From Bacteroidales bacterium (GTDB taxonomy: Bacteria > Bacteroidota > Bacteroidia > Bacteroidales > JAIPAP01), in the NCBI GenBank assembly GCA_021740045.1, contig JAIPAP010000003.1, forward strand, positions 4,061 through 68,060: a stretch of DNA of 64,000 nt. Reading direction: 5' to 3'. Within the stretch, counting starts at the first letter, position 1; the number at the start of each line of letters is the position of its first letter. The translations under genes and the position numbers were made by a program. Positions 8,474 through 19,088 of this stretch are shown piece after piece. The notes under the pieces were generated by a model, which saw only the letters and a list, made by a program, of their open reading frames with translations, did no database searches and was not told the DNA's origin.

Positions 8474-10579
8474 GTGGAAGAATTGGATAACAACATACTG
8501 GCAAAGACTTATGTGATCTATTTTCTGATCATCATTTTCGGATTACTGGTGATCGGTAAGGCGATCCATATCCAGTTTTTCGAAGGAGAGAAGTACCGTC
8601 AAAGATCACAGGAAGTAACCCTCCGGTATGATGAGGTTGAAGCATATCGCGGCAACATTCTTGCTGCTGACGGAAGCCTGCTGGCCACATCGGTTCCCAT
8701 TTTCGAAATTAGGGTTGATGCTGCCTCCCCCCTTATTTCCGATGTCGATTTCAACAATAATATCGATGAACTGGCCTTAAATCTATCCAAATTATTTCAT
8801 GATCATTACAAGGGATATTACAAAAACAAGCTCACCAGGGCACGAAAGGAAGGCAACCGCTACTTTTTGCTAAAACGGGATGTGACCTATGCGCAACTAA
8901 AGAAGCTGAAAAAATTTCCAATTTTCCGCCGGGGGAAATACCGCGGGGGACTCATTGCCATCCCCAAAACCAGGCGCGAAAAACCTTACCAGCTACTTGC
9001 CTTCCGCACTATAGGCTGGGATAGGCCTGATACAGAAAAGGATGTAGGACTGGAAGCTGCCTACAACGAGCACCTTAAAGGCAGCAGCGGCCGCAGACTG
9101 GTGCAGCGGATCGGAAACAGCTCCTGGCGCCCCATTAATCAGGATAATGAGATCGAACCTAAAAACGGCAGCGACATCATCACATCGATTGATATCAACC
9201 TGCAGGATGTCGCCGAAACGGCCCTCTTAAAACAATTAAAGCTTCACAAGGCTGATCATGGTTGCGCCGTGCTCATGGAGGTGGAAACCGGCTATATTAA
9301 GGCTATTGCAAACCTGGGTAAAGATAAAAAAACCGGAGAATACCACGAGGATTATAATTATGCTGTGGGCGAAGCCACAGAACCCGGGTCCACATTTAAA
9401 CTCGCCTCCATGCTGGTAGCCCTTGAAGATGGACTGATCAGCCTTGAGGACACCATTGAAACCGGCGATGGCTGGACAATGTATCATGGAAGCACCATGC
9501 AGGACGTGCACAAAATTGCCGATGGACGTATTCCGGTTAAAGAAGTGTTCTGGCATTCATCCAATGTCGGGGTATCAAAGATCATCCAAAAGAACTATTC
9601 GGATAAGCCTGGACAATATGTGGACGGTCTCCGGGATTTACATCTTCATAAAAAACTCGGGTTGGAAATTTCCGGCGAAGGACAGCCCTTGATCAAAGAC
9701 CCGGAAGACAGCACCTGGTCATTACTCAGCCTGCCCTGGATGTCGGTGGGTTATGAGGTGGAGATAACCCCCTTGCAACTTGCTGCCTTCTACAATGCCA
9801 TTGCCAATGACGGCAAACTAATGCAACCACGATTCGTAAAAGAAATCCGCGAAGCTGGAAGAACAGTCAAACGCTTTAGTCCTAAAGTAATTGACCCCTC
9901 CATAATTTCGGCTGAAACCCTTGAAAAAGCTCACATCTTGCTTGAAGGTGTCGTAAAGGAAGGAACCGCTAAAACCCTTGATAGTCCGTTTTACCAGGTG
10001 GCCGGAAAAACCGGCACGGCACAGATAGCTGTACCACATAAGGGCTATAACAAGAAAGATTATAAAGCTTCATTTGTAGGCTATTTTCCGGCCGATAATC
10101 CGGCTTATACCTGCATTGTATCGATCACTGCCCCACGCTCGGGTGAATACTACGGGAGCCGTGTAGCCGGACCTGTATTTAAAAACATTGCCGACAAGGT
10201 ATATGCCATGCAACTGGATATTCACCGGGAAAAGGATGAAAAACTGGTTTTGACCAATCTTCCGGCAGATCAAGCCGGGCATAAGGAAGATATCAGGTCA
10301 GTATTTGCCTCACTGGATCTGCCGTTTAAAGGTAGTTCCATACCAAAAGAATGGGCGCAAACAAGCGTGAACAATGATACGCTCACCCTGCAAGGCAAAG
10401 AATTTTCGGGGAACTACCTCCCTGACCTTCGCGGGATGAAAGCCCGTGATGCCATTTACCTGGTGGAAAAAACGGGAGCCTCAGCCCGCATCAAGGGCCG
10501 GGGGAAGGTATATATGCAATCGATCGCACCTGGTTCCAGGGTTACAAAAGGTAAGGTAGTAACGCTGTATTTGAAATAA
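8474..10579 (+). CDS. ftsI: Penicillin-binding protein (FtsI/PBP3-like transpeptidase) with C-terminal PASTA domain
   Basis: N-terminal TM helix. Motifs STFK, SSN and KTGT. PASTA-like tail LPDLRGMKARDAIYLVEKTG. GTG start. Confidence 0.9.
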   Translation: MEELDNNILAKTYVIYFLIIIFGLLVIGKAIHIQFFEGEKYRQRSQEVTLRYDEVEAYRGNILAADGSLLATSVPIFEIRVDAASPLISDVDFNNNIDELALNLSKLFHDHYKGYYKNKLTRARKEGNRYFLLKRDVTYAQLKKLKKFPIFRRGKYRGGLIAIPKTRREKPYQLLAFRTIGWDRPDTEKDVGLEAAYNEHLKGSSGRRLVQRIGNSSWRPINQDNEIEPKNGSDIITSIDINLQDVAETALLKQLKLHKADHGCAVLMEVETGYIKAIANLGKDKKTGEYHEDYNYAVGEATEPGSTFKLASMLVALEDGLISLEDTIETGDGWTMYHGSTMQDVHKIADGRIPVKEVFWHSSNVGVSKIIQKNYSDKPGQYVDGLRDLHLHKKLGLEISGEGQPLIKDPEDSTWSLLSLPWMSVGYEVEITPLQLAAFYNAIANDGKLMQPRFVKEIREAGRTVKRFSPKVIDPSIISAETLEKAHILLEGVVKEGTAKTLDSPFYQVAGKTGTAQIAVPHKGYNKKDYKASFVGYFPADNPAYTCIVSITAPRSGEYYGSRVAGPVFKNIADKVYAMQLDIHREKDEKLVLTNLPADQAGHKEDIRSVFASLDLPFKGSSIPKEWAQTSVNNDTLTLQGKEFSGNYLPDLRGMKARDAIYLVEKTGASARIKGRGKVYMQSIAPGSRVTKGKVVTLYLK

Positions 10580-10592
10580 AGAAAAAGAGCAT

Positions 10593-12047
10593 TTGAAAAC
10601 ATTAGCCGGCATATTGCAAGGGATTGAGGTAACAAGGCTTACCGGAGATGGGAACGTTGCGGTGGGAAATATCCGCTTCGATTCACGCCAGGTGGAGCAT
10701 GGCGATGTGTTTGTTGCTGTAAAGGGTACCCAGGTCGATGGGCATGATTACATCGAACAGGCTCTCGAAAAAGGCGCTGTTTGCGTAATTGCGGAGCAAA
10801 TACCGGCAATCGGCCGCAATGTTGCCTTTGTTAAGGTTAAGAATAGCGCAAAAGCGTTGGGCATAGCTGCTTCCAATTATTTCGACCGGCCTTCCGCGAA
10901 ACTTAAGCTGGTTGGTGTTACCGGAACCAATGGTAAAACTACCGTGGTTACCTTATTGCATCAGCTTTACCGGTTGATGGGGAACAACAGTGGTTTCCTG
11001 TCCACTATCCGAAATATGATCATTGATGAAGAATTTGAGGCAACGCATACCACACCCGATCCGGTAAGGATTAACCGTATATTGAATGATATGGTAATAG
11101 CCGGGTGCAGCCATGCCTTTATGGAAGTAAGTAGCCATGCCGTTGATCAATTCCGCATTGAAGGCTTGCATTTTGCCGGAGGCATTTTTACCAATATCAC
11201 CCACGATCATCTCGATTACCATAAAACCTTTGGCGCTTATTTGAATGCCAAAAAGGCTTTTTTCGATCAATTGCCGGCCGGGGCTTTTGCCTTAACCAAT
11301 GCGGATGATAAAAACGGGAACTATATACTTCAAAACACCAAGGCCAACAAACATGGCTATTCACTGAAATCCATGGCCGATTTCAAAGGCCGTATCATCG
11401 AAAACCATTTCGACGGGCTTTTGATCAAAATAAACGGCCGGGAACTTTGGACACCACTTGTTGGCGAATTCAATGCTTACAATATTATGGCAGTGTATGG
11501 GACCGCCCTCTTGATGGAAGAAGAAACAGGCGAGGTGCTTGAAAAGATCAGTCAGCTTAAGCCGGCCCGGGGTCGGTTTGAATATGTGAAATCGACGCGT
11601 GGAAAGGTAGGCATTGTCGATTATGCCCATACTCCCGATGCACTGGAAAATGTTCTGAAAACAATATACAAACTACGCCGCACCGACCAGTTAATCATCA
11701 CTGTAATTGGCGCCGGAGGCGACCGTGATAAAAAGAAGCGCCCATTGATGGCCAAAATAGCTGCAAAATACAGTGATCAGGTGCTCTTCACCTCCGATAA
11801 TCCAAGGAGCGAAGATCCGGAGCAGATCATTGCGGATATGAAAGAGGGATTAAGCGGTAATGAAAACATTAAGGTGCTTTCTGTCACAAACCGGATGGAA
11901 GCCATTAAAACCGCTTGCATGCTGGCCGGTAACGATGATATAATCCTGGTAGCCGGAAAAGGCCATGAAACTTACCAGGAGATTAAGGGTGTAAGACATT
12001 CATTTGACGATAAGGCTGTTTTGAAAGAGATTTTACATAACGAATAA
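10593..12047 (+). CDS. murE: UDP-N-acetylmuramoyl-L-alanyl-D-glutamate--2,6-diaminopimelate ligase
   Basis: Mur ligase motifs GVTGTNGKTT and DNPR. dcw gene order. TTG start. Confidence 0.95.
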   Translation: MKTLAGILQGIEVTRLTGDGNVAVGNIRFDSRQVEHGDVFVAVKGTQVDGHDYIEQALEKGAVCVIAEQIPAIGRNVAFVKVKNSAKALGIAASNYFDRPSAKLKLVGVTGTNGKTTVVTLLHQLYRLMGNNSGFLSTIRNMIIDEEFEATHTTPDPVRINRILNDMVIAGCSHAFMEVSSHAVDQFRIEGLHFAGGIFTNITHDHLDYHKTFGAYLNAKKAFFDQLPAGAFALTNADDKNGNYILQNTKANKHGYSLKSMADFKGRIIENHFDGLLIKINGRELWTPLVGEFNAYNIMAVYGTALLMEEETGEVLEKISQLKPARGRFEYVKSTRGKVGIVDYAHTPDALENVLKTIYKLRRTDQLIITVIGAGGDRDKKKRPLMAKIAAKYSDQVLFTSDNPRSEDPEQIIADMKEGLSGNENIKVLSVTNRMEAIKTACMLAGNDDIILVAGKGHETYQEIKGVRHSFDDKAVLKEILHNE

Positions 12048-12056
12048 AGATAAGGA

Positions 12057-13316
12057 ATGCTGTACTATTTGTTCGATCATCTTGATAAAGTTTATGATCT
12101 GCCGGGAGCAGGGATGTTCCAGTTCATTTCATTCCGGGCTGCCATGTCGGTGATCCTTTCACTTATCATTTCGCTGTTGTTCGGCAAAATGCTGATCCGC
12201 TTTTTACGTAAAAAGCAAGTAGGCGAAAGCGTTCGCGACCTCGGTCTCGAGGGTCAGATGGAAAAGCAGGGAACACCCACCATGGGAGGCCTAATCATAT
12301 TAGGCTCTATCCTGGTCCCAACGCTGCTGTTTGCAAAACTCGATAACATCTATGTTATCCTGATGATCTTTATCACGGTATGGTTAGGCATTATTGGTTT
12401 TCTTGATGACTACATAAAGGTATTCAAAAAAGACAAGGCTGGCCTGGCCGGTAAGTTTAAGATCTTGGGGCAAATTGTAGCCGGTTTGGTCATTGGATTA
12501 ACTATGTTTTTTAACGATGATATAGTGATGCGGGAAAAGATCACCGCTGAAGAACAACAAGATCTTAAAACAGCTATGGGGTTGGAACAGGGCGAATCGC
12601 TGGATCCCTCGGATAAGTTCTCGCGTTATTCCGAACGGTCGACCAAAACCACCATCCCGTTTTTCAAGAACAATGAGTTCGATTATTCGGTATTGATTTC
12701 ATTTATCGGCGATAACTATAAAAAATGGGCCTTCCTCATCTTTGTACCCATTGTCATTCTTATTATTACGGCTGTTTCAAACGGCGCCAACCTCACCGAT
12801 GGTATTGATGGATTGGCTACAGGGTCATCGGCTATAATCGGATCCGCCCTGGGGGTTCTGGCATGGGTGTCGGGTAACATCATATTCGCCGACTATCTGA
12901 ACATTATGTACATCCCCAGCGCCGGGGAGTTAACCATATACATCAGCTCCTTTGTAGGAGCATGCGTAGGCTTCCTTTGGTACAACACCTATCCGGCACA
13001 GGTGTTTATGGGCGACACGGGGAGCCTGGCCATAGGTGGTATCATAGGCGCTTATGCGGTGTTGATCAGAAAAGAGATACTGCTCCCTATCCTTTGCGGG
13101 ATATTCCTGGCCGAAGCGATTTCGGTAATGATGCAGGTGAGCTATTTTAAATATACAAAAAAACGCACGGGTAAGGGGAAGCGCATCTTCAGGATGTCGC
13201 CCCTGCATCATCATTATCAGATGATTGGGTATCCCGAGCCAAAAATTGTCCAGCGGTTCTTTATTGTGGGGATCATGCTGGCCGTATTTACCATCATAAC
13301 CTTAAAGATCAGGTAA
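12057..13316 (+). CDS. mraY: Phospho-N-acetylmuramoyl-pentapeptide-transferase
   Basis: Polytopic membrane protein with [24 protein letters not shown] and PLHHHY motifs. Confidence 0.95.
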   Translation: MLYYLFDHLDKVYDLPGAGMFQFISFRAAMSVILSLIISLLFGKMLIRFLRKKQVGESVRDLGLEGQMEKQGTPTMGGLIILGSILVPTLLFAKLDNIYVILMIFITVWLGIIGFLDDYIKVFKKDKAGLAGKFKILGQIVAGLVIGLTMFFNDDIVMREKITAEEQQDLKTAMGLEQGESLDPSDKFSRYSERSTKTTIPFFKNNEFDYSVLISFIGDNYKKWAFLIFVPIVILIITAVSNGANLTDGIDGLATGSSAIIGSALGVLAWVSGNIIFADYLNIMYIPSAGELTIYISSFVGACVGFLWYNTYPAQVFMGDTGSLAIGGIIGAYAVLIRKEILLPILCGIFLAEAISVMMQVSYFKYTKKRTGKGKRIFRMSPLHHHYQMIGYPEPKIVQRFFIVGIMLAVFTIITLKIR

Positions 13317-13317
13317 G

Positions 13318-14655
13318 ATGAACCGGATCGTAGTGCTGGGAGCCGGAGAAAGCGGTGTAGGAGCGGCTATCCTGGCAAAGAAAAAGGGTTTTGAAGTTTT
13401 TGTTTCAGATAAGGGCACCATAAAGCCAACATATAAAAACGTTCTTTCACAACATGAGATCTCGTTCGAAGAGGGTAAACACAGCGAAGCTGCTATTTTA
13501 TCAGCACGAGAGGTGGTTAAAAGCCCCGGAATCCCCGATCATATTCCAATGATCAAAAAAATTAAGGAACAGGGAATCCGGGTAATCTCCGAAATCGAGT
13601 TTGCCGGCAGATACACCGGTGCAACAATGATCTGCATCACCGGTAGCAATGGTAAAACCACTACAACCCTGCTCACCTATCATATCCTTAAAAACGGGGG
13701 ATTGAACGTGGGCTTGGGGGGAAATGTAGGTCAAAGCTTTGCATGGCAAGTGGCCCGGCACAATTTCGACTATTATGTGCTTGAGGTCAGTAGCTTTCAG
13801 CTCGACGGCATGTTCGATTTTAAGGCAGATATCGCCGTGCTGCTAAACATTACCCCCGATCATCTCGACCGGTATAACAATAGCTTTGAACGCTACATAC
13901 AGTCGAAAATGCGCATCACACAAAATCAAACGCACAATAACGCTTTGATCTATTGCATTGATGACGAAACGATTAACAACGAGATCAAAGGAAAATCCTG
14001 GCAGCAACGCCTATACCCCTTTTCGACTTATGAAAAGATCGAAGGTGAGGGAGCATACCTGGCAGGGAATAAAATTTTGTTTAACGTAAATTCACAAACA
14101 TTCCATATGACAATAGAAGAATTGGCATTACAAGGCAGGCACAATATTCACAATTCAATGGCAGCAGGTATTGCTTCGCGGCTTGTGGAATTGCGCAAAA
14201 ACACCATTAAACAGTGTTTGTCCGATTTTCAGAATGTGGAACACCGCCTCGAACATGTGGCTAACATTCATGGCATTGAATTCATTAACGATTCCAAAGC
14301 CACCAATATCAACGCTACATGGTATGCCCTGGAATCGGCCGAAAAGCCGGTGGTATGGATCGTAGGCGGTATCGATAAGGGCAATGATTACAGCAAGCTC
14401 ATGGAACTGGTGAAGGAAAAGGTGAAGGCCATTGTATGCCTGGGCGTCGATAATCATCGTATTCATGAAGCCTTCGATAAGGCTGTTGAAACCATTATCG
14501 ACACATCTTCAGCTAATGAGGCAGTGGGAAGTGCCTATTACCTTTCCACACCAGGTGATATGATATTACTATCGCCCGCCTGTGCCAGTTTCGACTTGTT
14601 TGAAAATTACGAAGACCGGGGAAACCAGTTTAAACAAGCTGTTAGCAAGCTTTAA
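13318..14655 (+). CDS. murD: UDP-N-acetylmuramoylalanine--D-glutamate ligase
   Basis: Mur ligase P-loop ITGSNGKTTT. dcw position. Confidence 0.95.
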   Translation: MNRIVVLGAGESGVGAAILAKKKGFEVFVSDKGTIKPTYKNVLSQHEISFEEGKHSEAAILSAREVVKSPGIPDHIPMIKKIKEQGIRVISEIEFAGRYTGATMICITGSNGKTTTTLLTYHILKNGGLNVGLGGNVGQSFAWQVARHNFDYYVLEVSSFQLDGMFDFKADIAVLLNITPDHLDRYNNSFERYIQSKMRITQNQTHNNALIYCIDDETINNEIKGKSWQQRLYPFSTYEKIEGEGAYLAGNKILFNVNSQTFHMTIEELALQGRHNIHNSMAAGIASRLVELRKNTIKQCLSDFQNVEHRLEHVANIHGIEFINDSKATNINATWYALESAEKPVVWIVGGIDKGNDYSKLMELVKEKVKAIVCLGVDNHRIHEAFDKAVETIIDTSSANEAVGSAYYLSTPGDMILLSPACASFDLFENYEDRGNQFKQAVSKL

Positions 14656-14666
14656 GTTAAAGAGTT

Positions 14667-15821
14667 ATGTCGGAAAAATTAAAAAGGATCAAAATACGTG
14701 GCGACCGGGTGATCTGGGCAGTAGTGATAATTCTGTCCATCCTCTCGCTGCTGGCTGTTTACAGCTCATCAGGATCATTGGCATATCGCTACCGGCAGGG
14801 AAATGTGGAATATTTCCTGTTTAAACAACTTATCATTCTTGGCACCGGCCTGGTCCTGATGTATATAGTCCACCACTTTTATTACAGGAAATTAAAATCG
14901 GCCTATGGATTGTTATTATTGAGTGCTATTGTATTAATGATTGGCACCTGGATTTATGGTATTTCCATAAATGAGGCTCCCCGATGGATCAAAGTGCCCG
15001 GCATACCCCTTACCTTTCAACCTTCCGAAATTGCAAAGCTTGCTGTGGTGATCTACCTGGCCTTTATGCTTAAGAAAGAAGATGTCATCCAGGGATTTCC
15101 ACACATACTTACATTTATTTTATTTCCGGTAATCCTTATTTGTGGATTGATCTTCTTTGCCGATTTTTCGACGGCGGTATTACTATTTGCCACAGCCTAC
15201 ACCATGATATTTATATCGAAGATTAACTGGCGATACACCTTATCAATTGCCGGTGGAGCTTTGGCAGTGATTGCCATAGTGGTTATCCTGGCCTATACGT
15301 ATCCTGAATTCGAACGTTTCGGCACCTGGAAAGAACGCATTGAGGCCTTCATGCATCCTGAAGGTGAAGATAATTACCAGGTTGAACAGGCCAAAATTGC
15401 CATTGCTACAGGAGGAGTTGTCGGTAAATTGCCCGGGAACAGCACCCAGCGGAATTTTCTACCACAAGCATATTCCGATTTCATTTTTGCAATCATAATT
15501 GAAGAATATGGCCTGGTTGGAGGTGGTACGGTGGTATTGCTTTACCTGATACTCTTTTACCGGGCCATTCGAATCGTGACCAAGCTGAAGGAAAAACTAC
15601 CCTCCTACTTGGTCATCGGATTAAGCTTTATGGTGGTGTTTCAAGCACTTTTGAATATGGCTGTAGCGACCAATTTTTTGCCGGTAACCGGTCAGCCGCT
15701 TCCCATGGTAAGTATGGGGGGAACTTCCATTTGGTTCACCAGCATCGCCATAGGTATCATTTTGAATATCAGTCGTGAAATTGACGAAAAAGAACCCGGA
15801 AAAAACATATCATATGCATAA
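14667..15821 (+). CDS. ftsW: FtsW/RodA/SpoVE family peptidoglycan glycosyltransferase
   Basis: About 10 TM segments, with the motif PVTGQPLPMVSMGGTS. dcw position. Confidence 0.9.
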   Translation: MSEKLKRIKIRGDRVIWAVVIILSILSLLAVYSSSGSLAYRYRQGNVEYFLFKQLIILGTGLVLMYIVHHFYYRKLKSAYGLLLLSAIVLMIGTWIYGISINEAPRWIKVPGIPLTFQPSEIAKLAVVIYLAFMLKKEDVIQGFPHILTFILFPVILICGLIFFADFSTAVLLFATAYTMIFISKINWRYTLSIAGGALAVIAIVVILAYTYPEFERFGTWKERIEAFMHPEGEDNYQVEQAKIAIATGGVVGKLPGNSTQRNFLPQAYSDFIFAIIIEEYGLVGGGTVVLLYLILFYRAIRIVTKLKEKLPSYLVIGLSFMVVFQALLNMAVATNFLPVTGQPLPMVSMGGTSIWFTSIAIGIILNISREIDEKEPGKNISYA

Positions 15822-16929
15822 GAGCCATGCCAAAATATTGATCAGTGGTGGGGGTACCGGAGGCCACATCTATCCGGCTATTGCCATTGCCGATGCTTTA
15901 AAGGCCAGGCTCGAACAGGCTGAGATTCTCTTTATCGGCGCTGAAGGTAAAATGGAGATGGAGAAAGTCCCGAAAGCCGGTTATAAAATTGAAGGCTTGC
16001 CCATAAGGGGATATCAAAGGGGTTCCATATTGAGTAACTTAAATCTGCCCTTCCGTTTGCTCGCCAGTATGCATAAAGCAGGCCGGATTATAAAGAACTT
16101 TAAACCCGATGTTGTGGTAGGCGTAGGTGGTTATGCCAGCGCCCCTACAGTGCGGAAAGCAAGCAAGCGTGGCATACCCACTTTGATACAGGAGCAAAAT
16201 TCCTATGCAGGTCTCACCAACCGATGTTTTCTTGGAAAGCGTGCCGATAAATATTGTGTGGCTTATGCGGGTATGGAAAAGTTTTTCCCGAAAGACCGCA
16301 TCATTTTAACCGGGAATCCTATCAGAAAAGATATAAGCAATATTAGCCAAAAGCATGATGAGGCCCTGCAGTATTTCAATCTCCGCAGCGATCGTAAAAC
16401 ATTGCTGGTATTTGGCGGAAGCCAGGGAGCGCTAGGGATCAACGAAGGTATTTATCAATCTATCGATTCATTGTTGCAAAACAATGTGCAACTGATCTGG
16501 CAAACCGGCAAGTACTATTATCCCATTGCACGGGCAGCAGTAAATGCCGGAATGGAGAAACATGGCATACGAGTGTTGGAATTTATTGACCGGATGGACC
16601 TGGCTTATGCCATAGCCAATGTGATCGTATCGCGGGCAGGCGCCATTGCCATTTCGGAGATCAGCGCTGCTGGCAAACCTTGCATATTTGTACCCTTACC
16701 CACGGCAGCCGAAGATCATCAAACCAAAAATGCATCGGCACTTGCGGAAAAGAATGCGGCCATTTTGATCAAAAACAATGAAACCAGGGAAAAGCTGGGT
16801 AATACAGCACTTGAATTATTATTTGATGAAAAGAAACAAAACGAGATGAGTAAGAATATTTTAGAATTTGCTCATCCCGATGCAGCAAACAAAATAGCGG
16901 ATGAAATCATAAAACTGATGAGATCATAG
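15814..16929 (+). CDS. murG: UDP-N-acetylglucosamine--N-acetylmuramyl-(pentapeptide) pyrophosphoryl-undecaprenol GlcNAc transferase
   Basis: GGGTGGHIYPA motif. Start taken at ATG 15814 (8-nt overlap with ftsW) instead of the track's GTG 15775. Confidence 0.9.
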   Translation: MHKSHAKILISGGGTGGHIYPAIAIADALKARLEQAEILFIGAEGKMEMEKVPKAGYKIEGLPIRGYQRGSILSNLNLPFRLLASMHKAGRIIKNFKPDVVVGVGGYASAPTVRKASKRGIPTLIQEQNSYAGLTNRCFLGKRADKYCVAYAGMEKFFPKDRIILTGNPIRKDISNISQKHDEALQYFNLRSDRKTLLVFGGSQGALGINEGIYQSIDSLLQNNVQLIWQTGKYYYPIARAAVNAGMEKHGIRVLEFIDRMDLAYAIANVIVSRAGAIAISEISAAGKPCIFVPLPTAAEDHQTKNASALAEKNAAILIKNNETREKLGNTALELLFDEKKQNEMSKNILEFAHPDAANKIADEIIKLMRS

Positions 16930-18296
16930 TGGACCTGAACAGCTTACATAGCATCTATTTTCTCGGTATAGGCGGCATAGGTATGAGCGCTCTGGCCCTG
17001 TATTTTAATGACCTTGGGGTTGATGTCCATGGCTATGACAGGGTTATCACACCACTCTCACGCCGCCTCGAAACCGAAGGTATGACGATCCATTATGAAG
17101 AAGATATTGATCGGATCCCTGAATACATTGATTTGGTTATCTTAACCCCGGCTATCCCCGAGGAACATAAAGAACTCCATTACTTCCGAAAATATAATTA
17201 TCCCATCCTGAAACGATCGGAAGTATTGGGTTTGCTGACTAACGATAAATACACCATTGCGGTTGCCGGAACGCATGGAAAAACAAGCATCACCTCTCTT
17301 ATCGCCCACATTTTCAAAACTGCTCAAAAAGATTTCAGGGCATTTGTGGGAGGCGTAAGCAAAAACTATAACTCAAACTATATTGCCCATGGCCAACCTG
17401 TAGTTATGATTGTTGAAGCCGATGAATACGACCGCTCCTTCCTCAGGCTTCATCCCAATATGGCAGTGATCACCTCAATGGATGCCGATCATCTCGATAT
17501 TTATATCGATCGTCAAAACCTTCAAAAGTCATTCAATGAATTTGTGGGACAAATTGGAGAAAACGGCTATTTGATTCATAAACCGGGATTGGAATTTCAT
17601 GCTGCCGGCAGCGTTAAGAAATCGGCTTACGATATTTCACAAGCACCCCATAAAGCAAGAAATATCCGGGTTTATAACGGGGTCTTTCACTTCGACCTGG
17701 TGGTTGATAACGAGGTGATCGAAGGAATAAGCTTTGGACTTCCCGGCCGCTATAATATCGAAAATGCCCTGGCAGCCTCCATAGCAGCCAAAAAATCGGG
17801 AATTTCCGCTAAAGCGATCCGCAAAGCCCTCAGTAGCTATGAGGGTGTCCAACGGCGGTTCGATTTCCGGGTACGCACCGAAAAGGTGGTTTATATCGAT
17901 GATTATGCCCATCATCCCGAGGAGTTAACCGCTTGCATTAGCGCCGTTAGGGAACTTTATCCCCGGAAAAAGGTTACCGGCATTTTCCAGCCTCATCTTT
18001 ATTCCCGGACACGTGATTTTGCCCAAGGGTTTGCCAATAGCCTCGAAAGCCTGCTCGACGACATTATTTTGCTCGATATATATCCGGCACGCGAAAAACC
18101 CATTGAAGGTGTTAGCTCGGAAATGATCTATGATAAGATCAGTAAAAAGCCCAAGGCCTTATGCACCAAAGCCGATCTGCCTGAAGAGCTTGACCGGCAC
18201 GAATTCGATATTTTATTAACCCTTGGGGCAGGTGATATCGACCAATTGGTTGAGCCAATTGAAAAGCACTTAAAATCAAAATATAAGGTGGCATGA
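16929..18296 (+). CDS. murC: UDP-N-acetylmuramate--L-alanine ligase
   Basis: GIGGIGMSALA and GTHGKTS motifs. The GTG start overlaps the murG stop by 1 nt. Confidence 0.95.
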   Translation: MDLNSLHSIYFLGIGGIGMSALALYFNDLGVDVHGYDRVITPLSRRLETEGMTIHYEEDIDRIPEYIDLVILTPAIPEEHKELHYFRKYNYPILKRSEVLGLLTNDKYTIAVAGTHGKTSITSLIAHIFKTAQKDFRAFVGGVSKNYNSNYIAHGQPVVMIVEADEYDRSFLRLHPNMAVITSMDADHLDIYIDRQNLQKSFNEFVGQIGENGYLIHKPGLEFHAAGSVKKSAYDISQAPHKARNIRVYNGVFHFDLVVDNEVIEGISFGLPGRYNIENALAASIAAKKSGISAKAIRKALSSYEGVQRRFDFRVRTEKVVYIDDYAHHPEELTACISAVRELYPRKKVTGIFQPHLYSRTRDFAQGFANSLESLLDDIILLDIYPAREKPIEGVSSEMIYDKISKKPKALCTKADLPEELDRHEFDILLTLGAGDIDQLVEPIEKHLKSKYKVA

Positions 18297-19075
18297 AAAA
18301 ATTCATTGGCATCGTCATATGGAGCATCGTTATAGCAGGCGTATTCGTCTCGCTGGTGGCTTTGCGCGAGGGATATAAAAAAACCACCTGTAGCTCCATT
18401 GAGGTTATGCTCGATGATGAACAGGGGGCCGGACTGATCAGCAAATCGGATGTTCTGGAAGCCATCCATAATGCACATGATAGCATTGTTGGAAAGCGGG
18501 TATCGGAAATTGACCTGCTCAAGATCGACCGGGCCATCGAGCAAACAGCCTTTGTAAAAGAAGCCGATGTATTTACCACCCTGGATGGTGAATTGCATAG
18601 CCGCATCCATTCATGGGACCCGGTGGCCCGTATCGTTAATAATCAAGGTAAAGATTATTACATCGACCGCAGTGGCAAACTGATCCCCACCCGCCAGGGT
18701 TTTCCGGTGAGAACTTTAATTATAAGCGGTTATACAGGAAATCATTTTTCCGACACACTGAACCTAAAAAATCTGCCCCCGGAATCAAAAAAGGTTACAA
18801 TTTTGCACCGGCTTTTTCCGATGATAATGTACCTGAAGCAGGATGAGTTTTTCCGTGCCCAAATCGAACAAATATATCTCGATAAACATGGAGAAATAGA
18901 ACTCATCCCCAAGGTAGGTAATCATGTGGTTGTTTTTGGCACTGTTGAAAACTTTGAACAGAAATTAGATAAACTGTTTGCATTTTACCGGCAAGGTTTA
19001 AAACAATCGGGTTGGAACAAGTACAAAACCATCAACCTGAAGTATAAAGATCAGGTTGTGTGTTCAAAACATTAG
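18293..19075 (+). CDS. ftsQ: Cell division protein FtsQ (POTRA-containing)
   Basis: N-terminal TM helix. Assignment rests on size and on position between murC and ftsA. Confidence 0.7.
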   Translation: MKKFIGIVIWSIVIAGVFVSLVALREGYKKTTCSSIEVMLDDEQGAGLISKSDVLEAIHNAHDSIVGKRVSEIDLLKIDRAIEQTAFVKEADVFTTLDGELHSRIHSWDPVARIVNNQGKDYYIDRSGKLIPTRQGFPVRTLIISGYTGNHFSDTLNLKNLPPESKKVTILHRLFPMIMYLKQDEFFRAQIEQIYLDKHGEIELIPKVGNHVVVFGTVENFEQKLDKLFAFYRQGLKQSGWNKYKTINLKYKDQVVCSKH

Positions 19076-19088
19076 AATTGAGGTTTTT

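Noticed and set aside
18128-18610. Two long antisense ORFs (160 and 155 aa) opposite murC/ftsQ, with similar antisense ORFs opposite ftsA, ftsZ, hutU, nadE and apbC
   Set aside because: They lie fully inside strongly supported genes on the other strand, have no recognisable domains, and are typical shadow ORFs.
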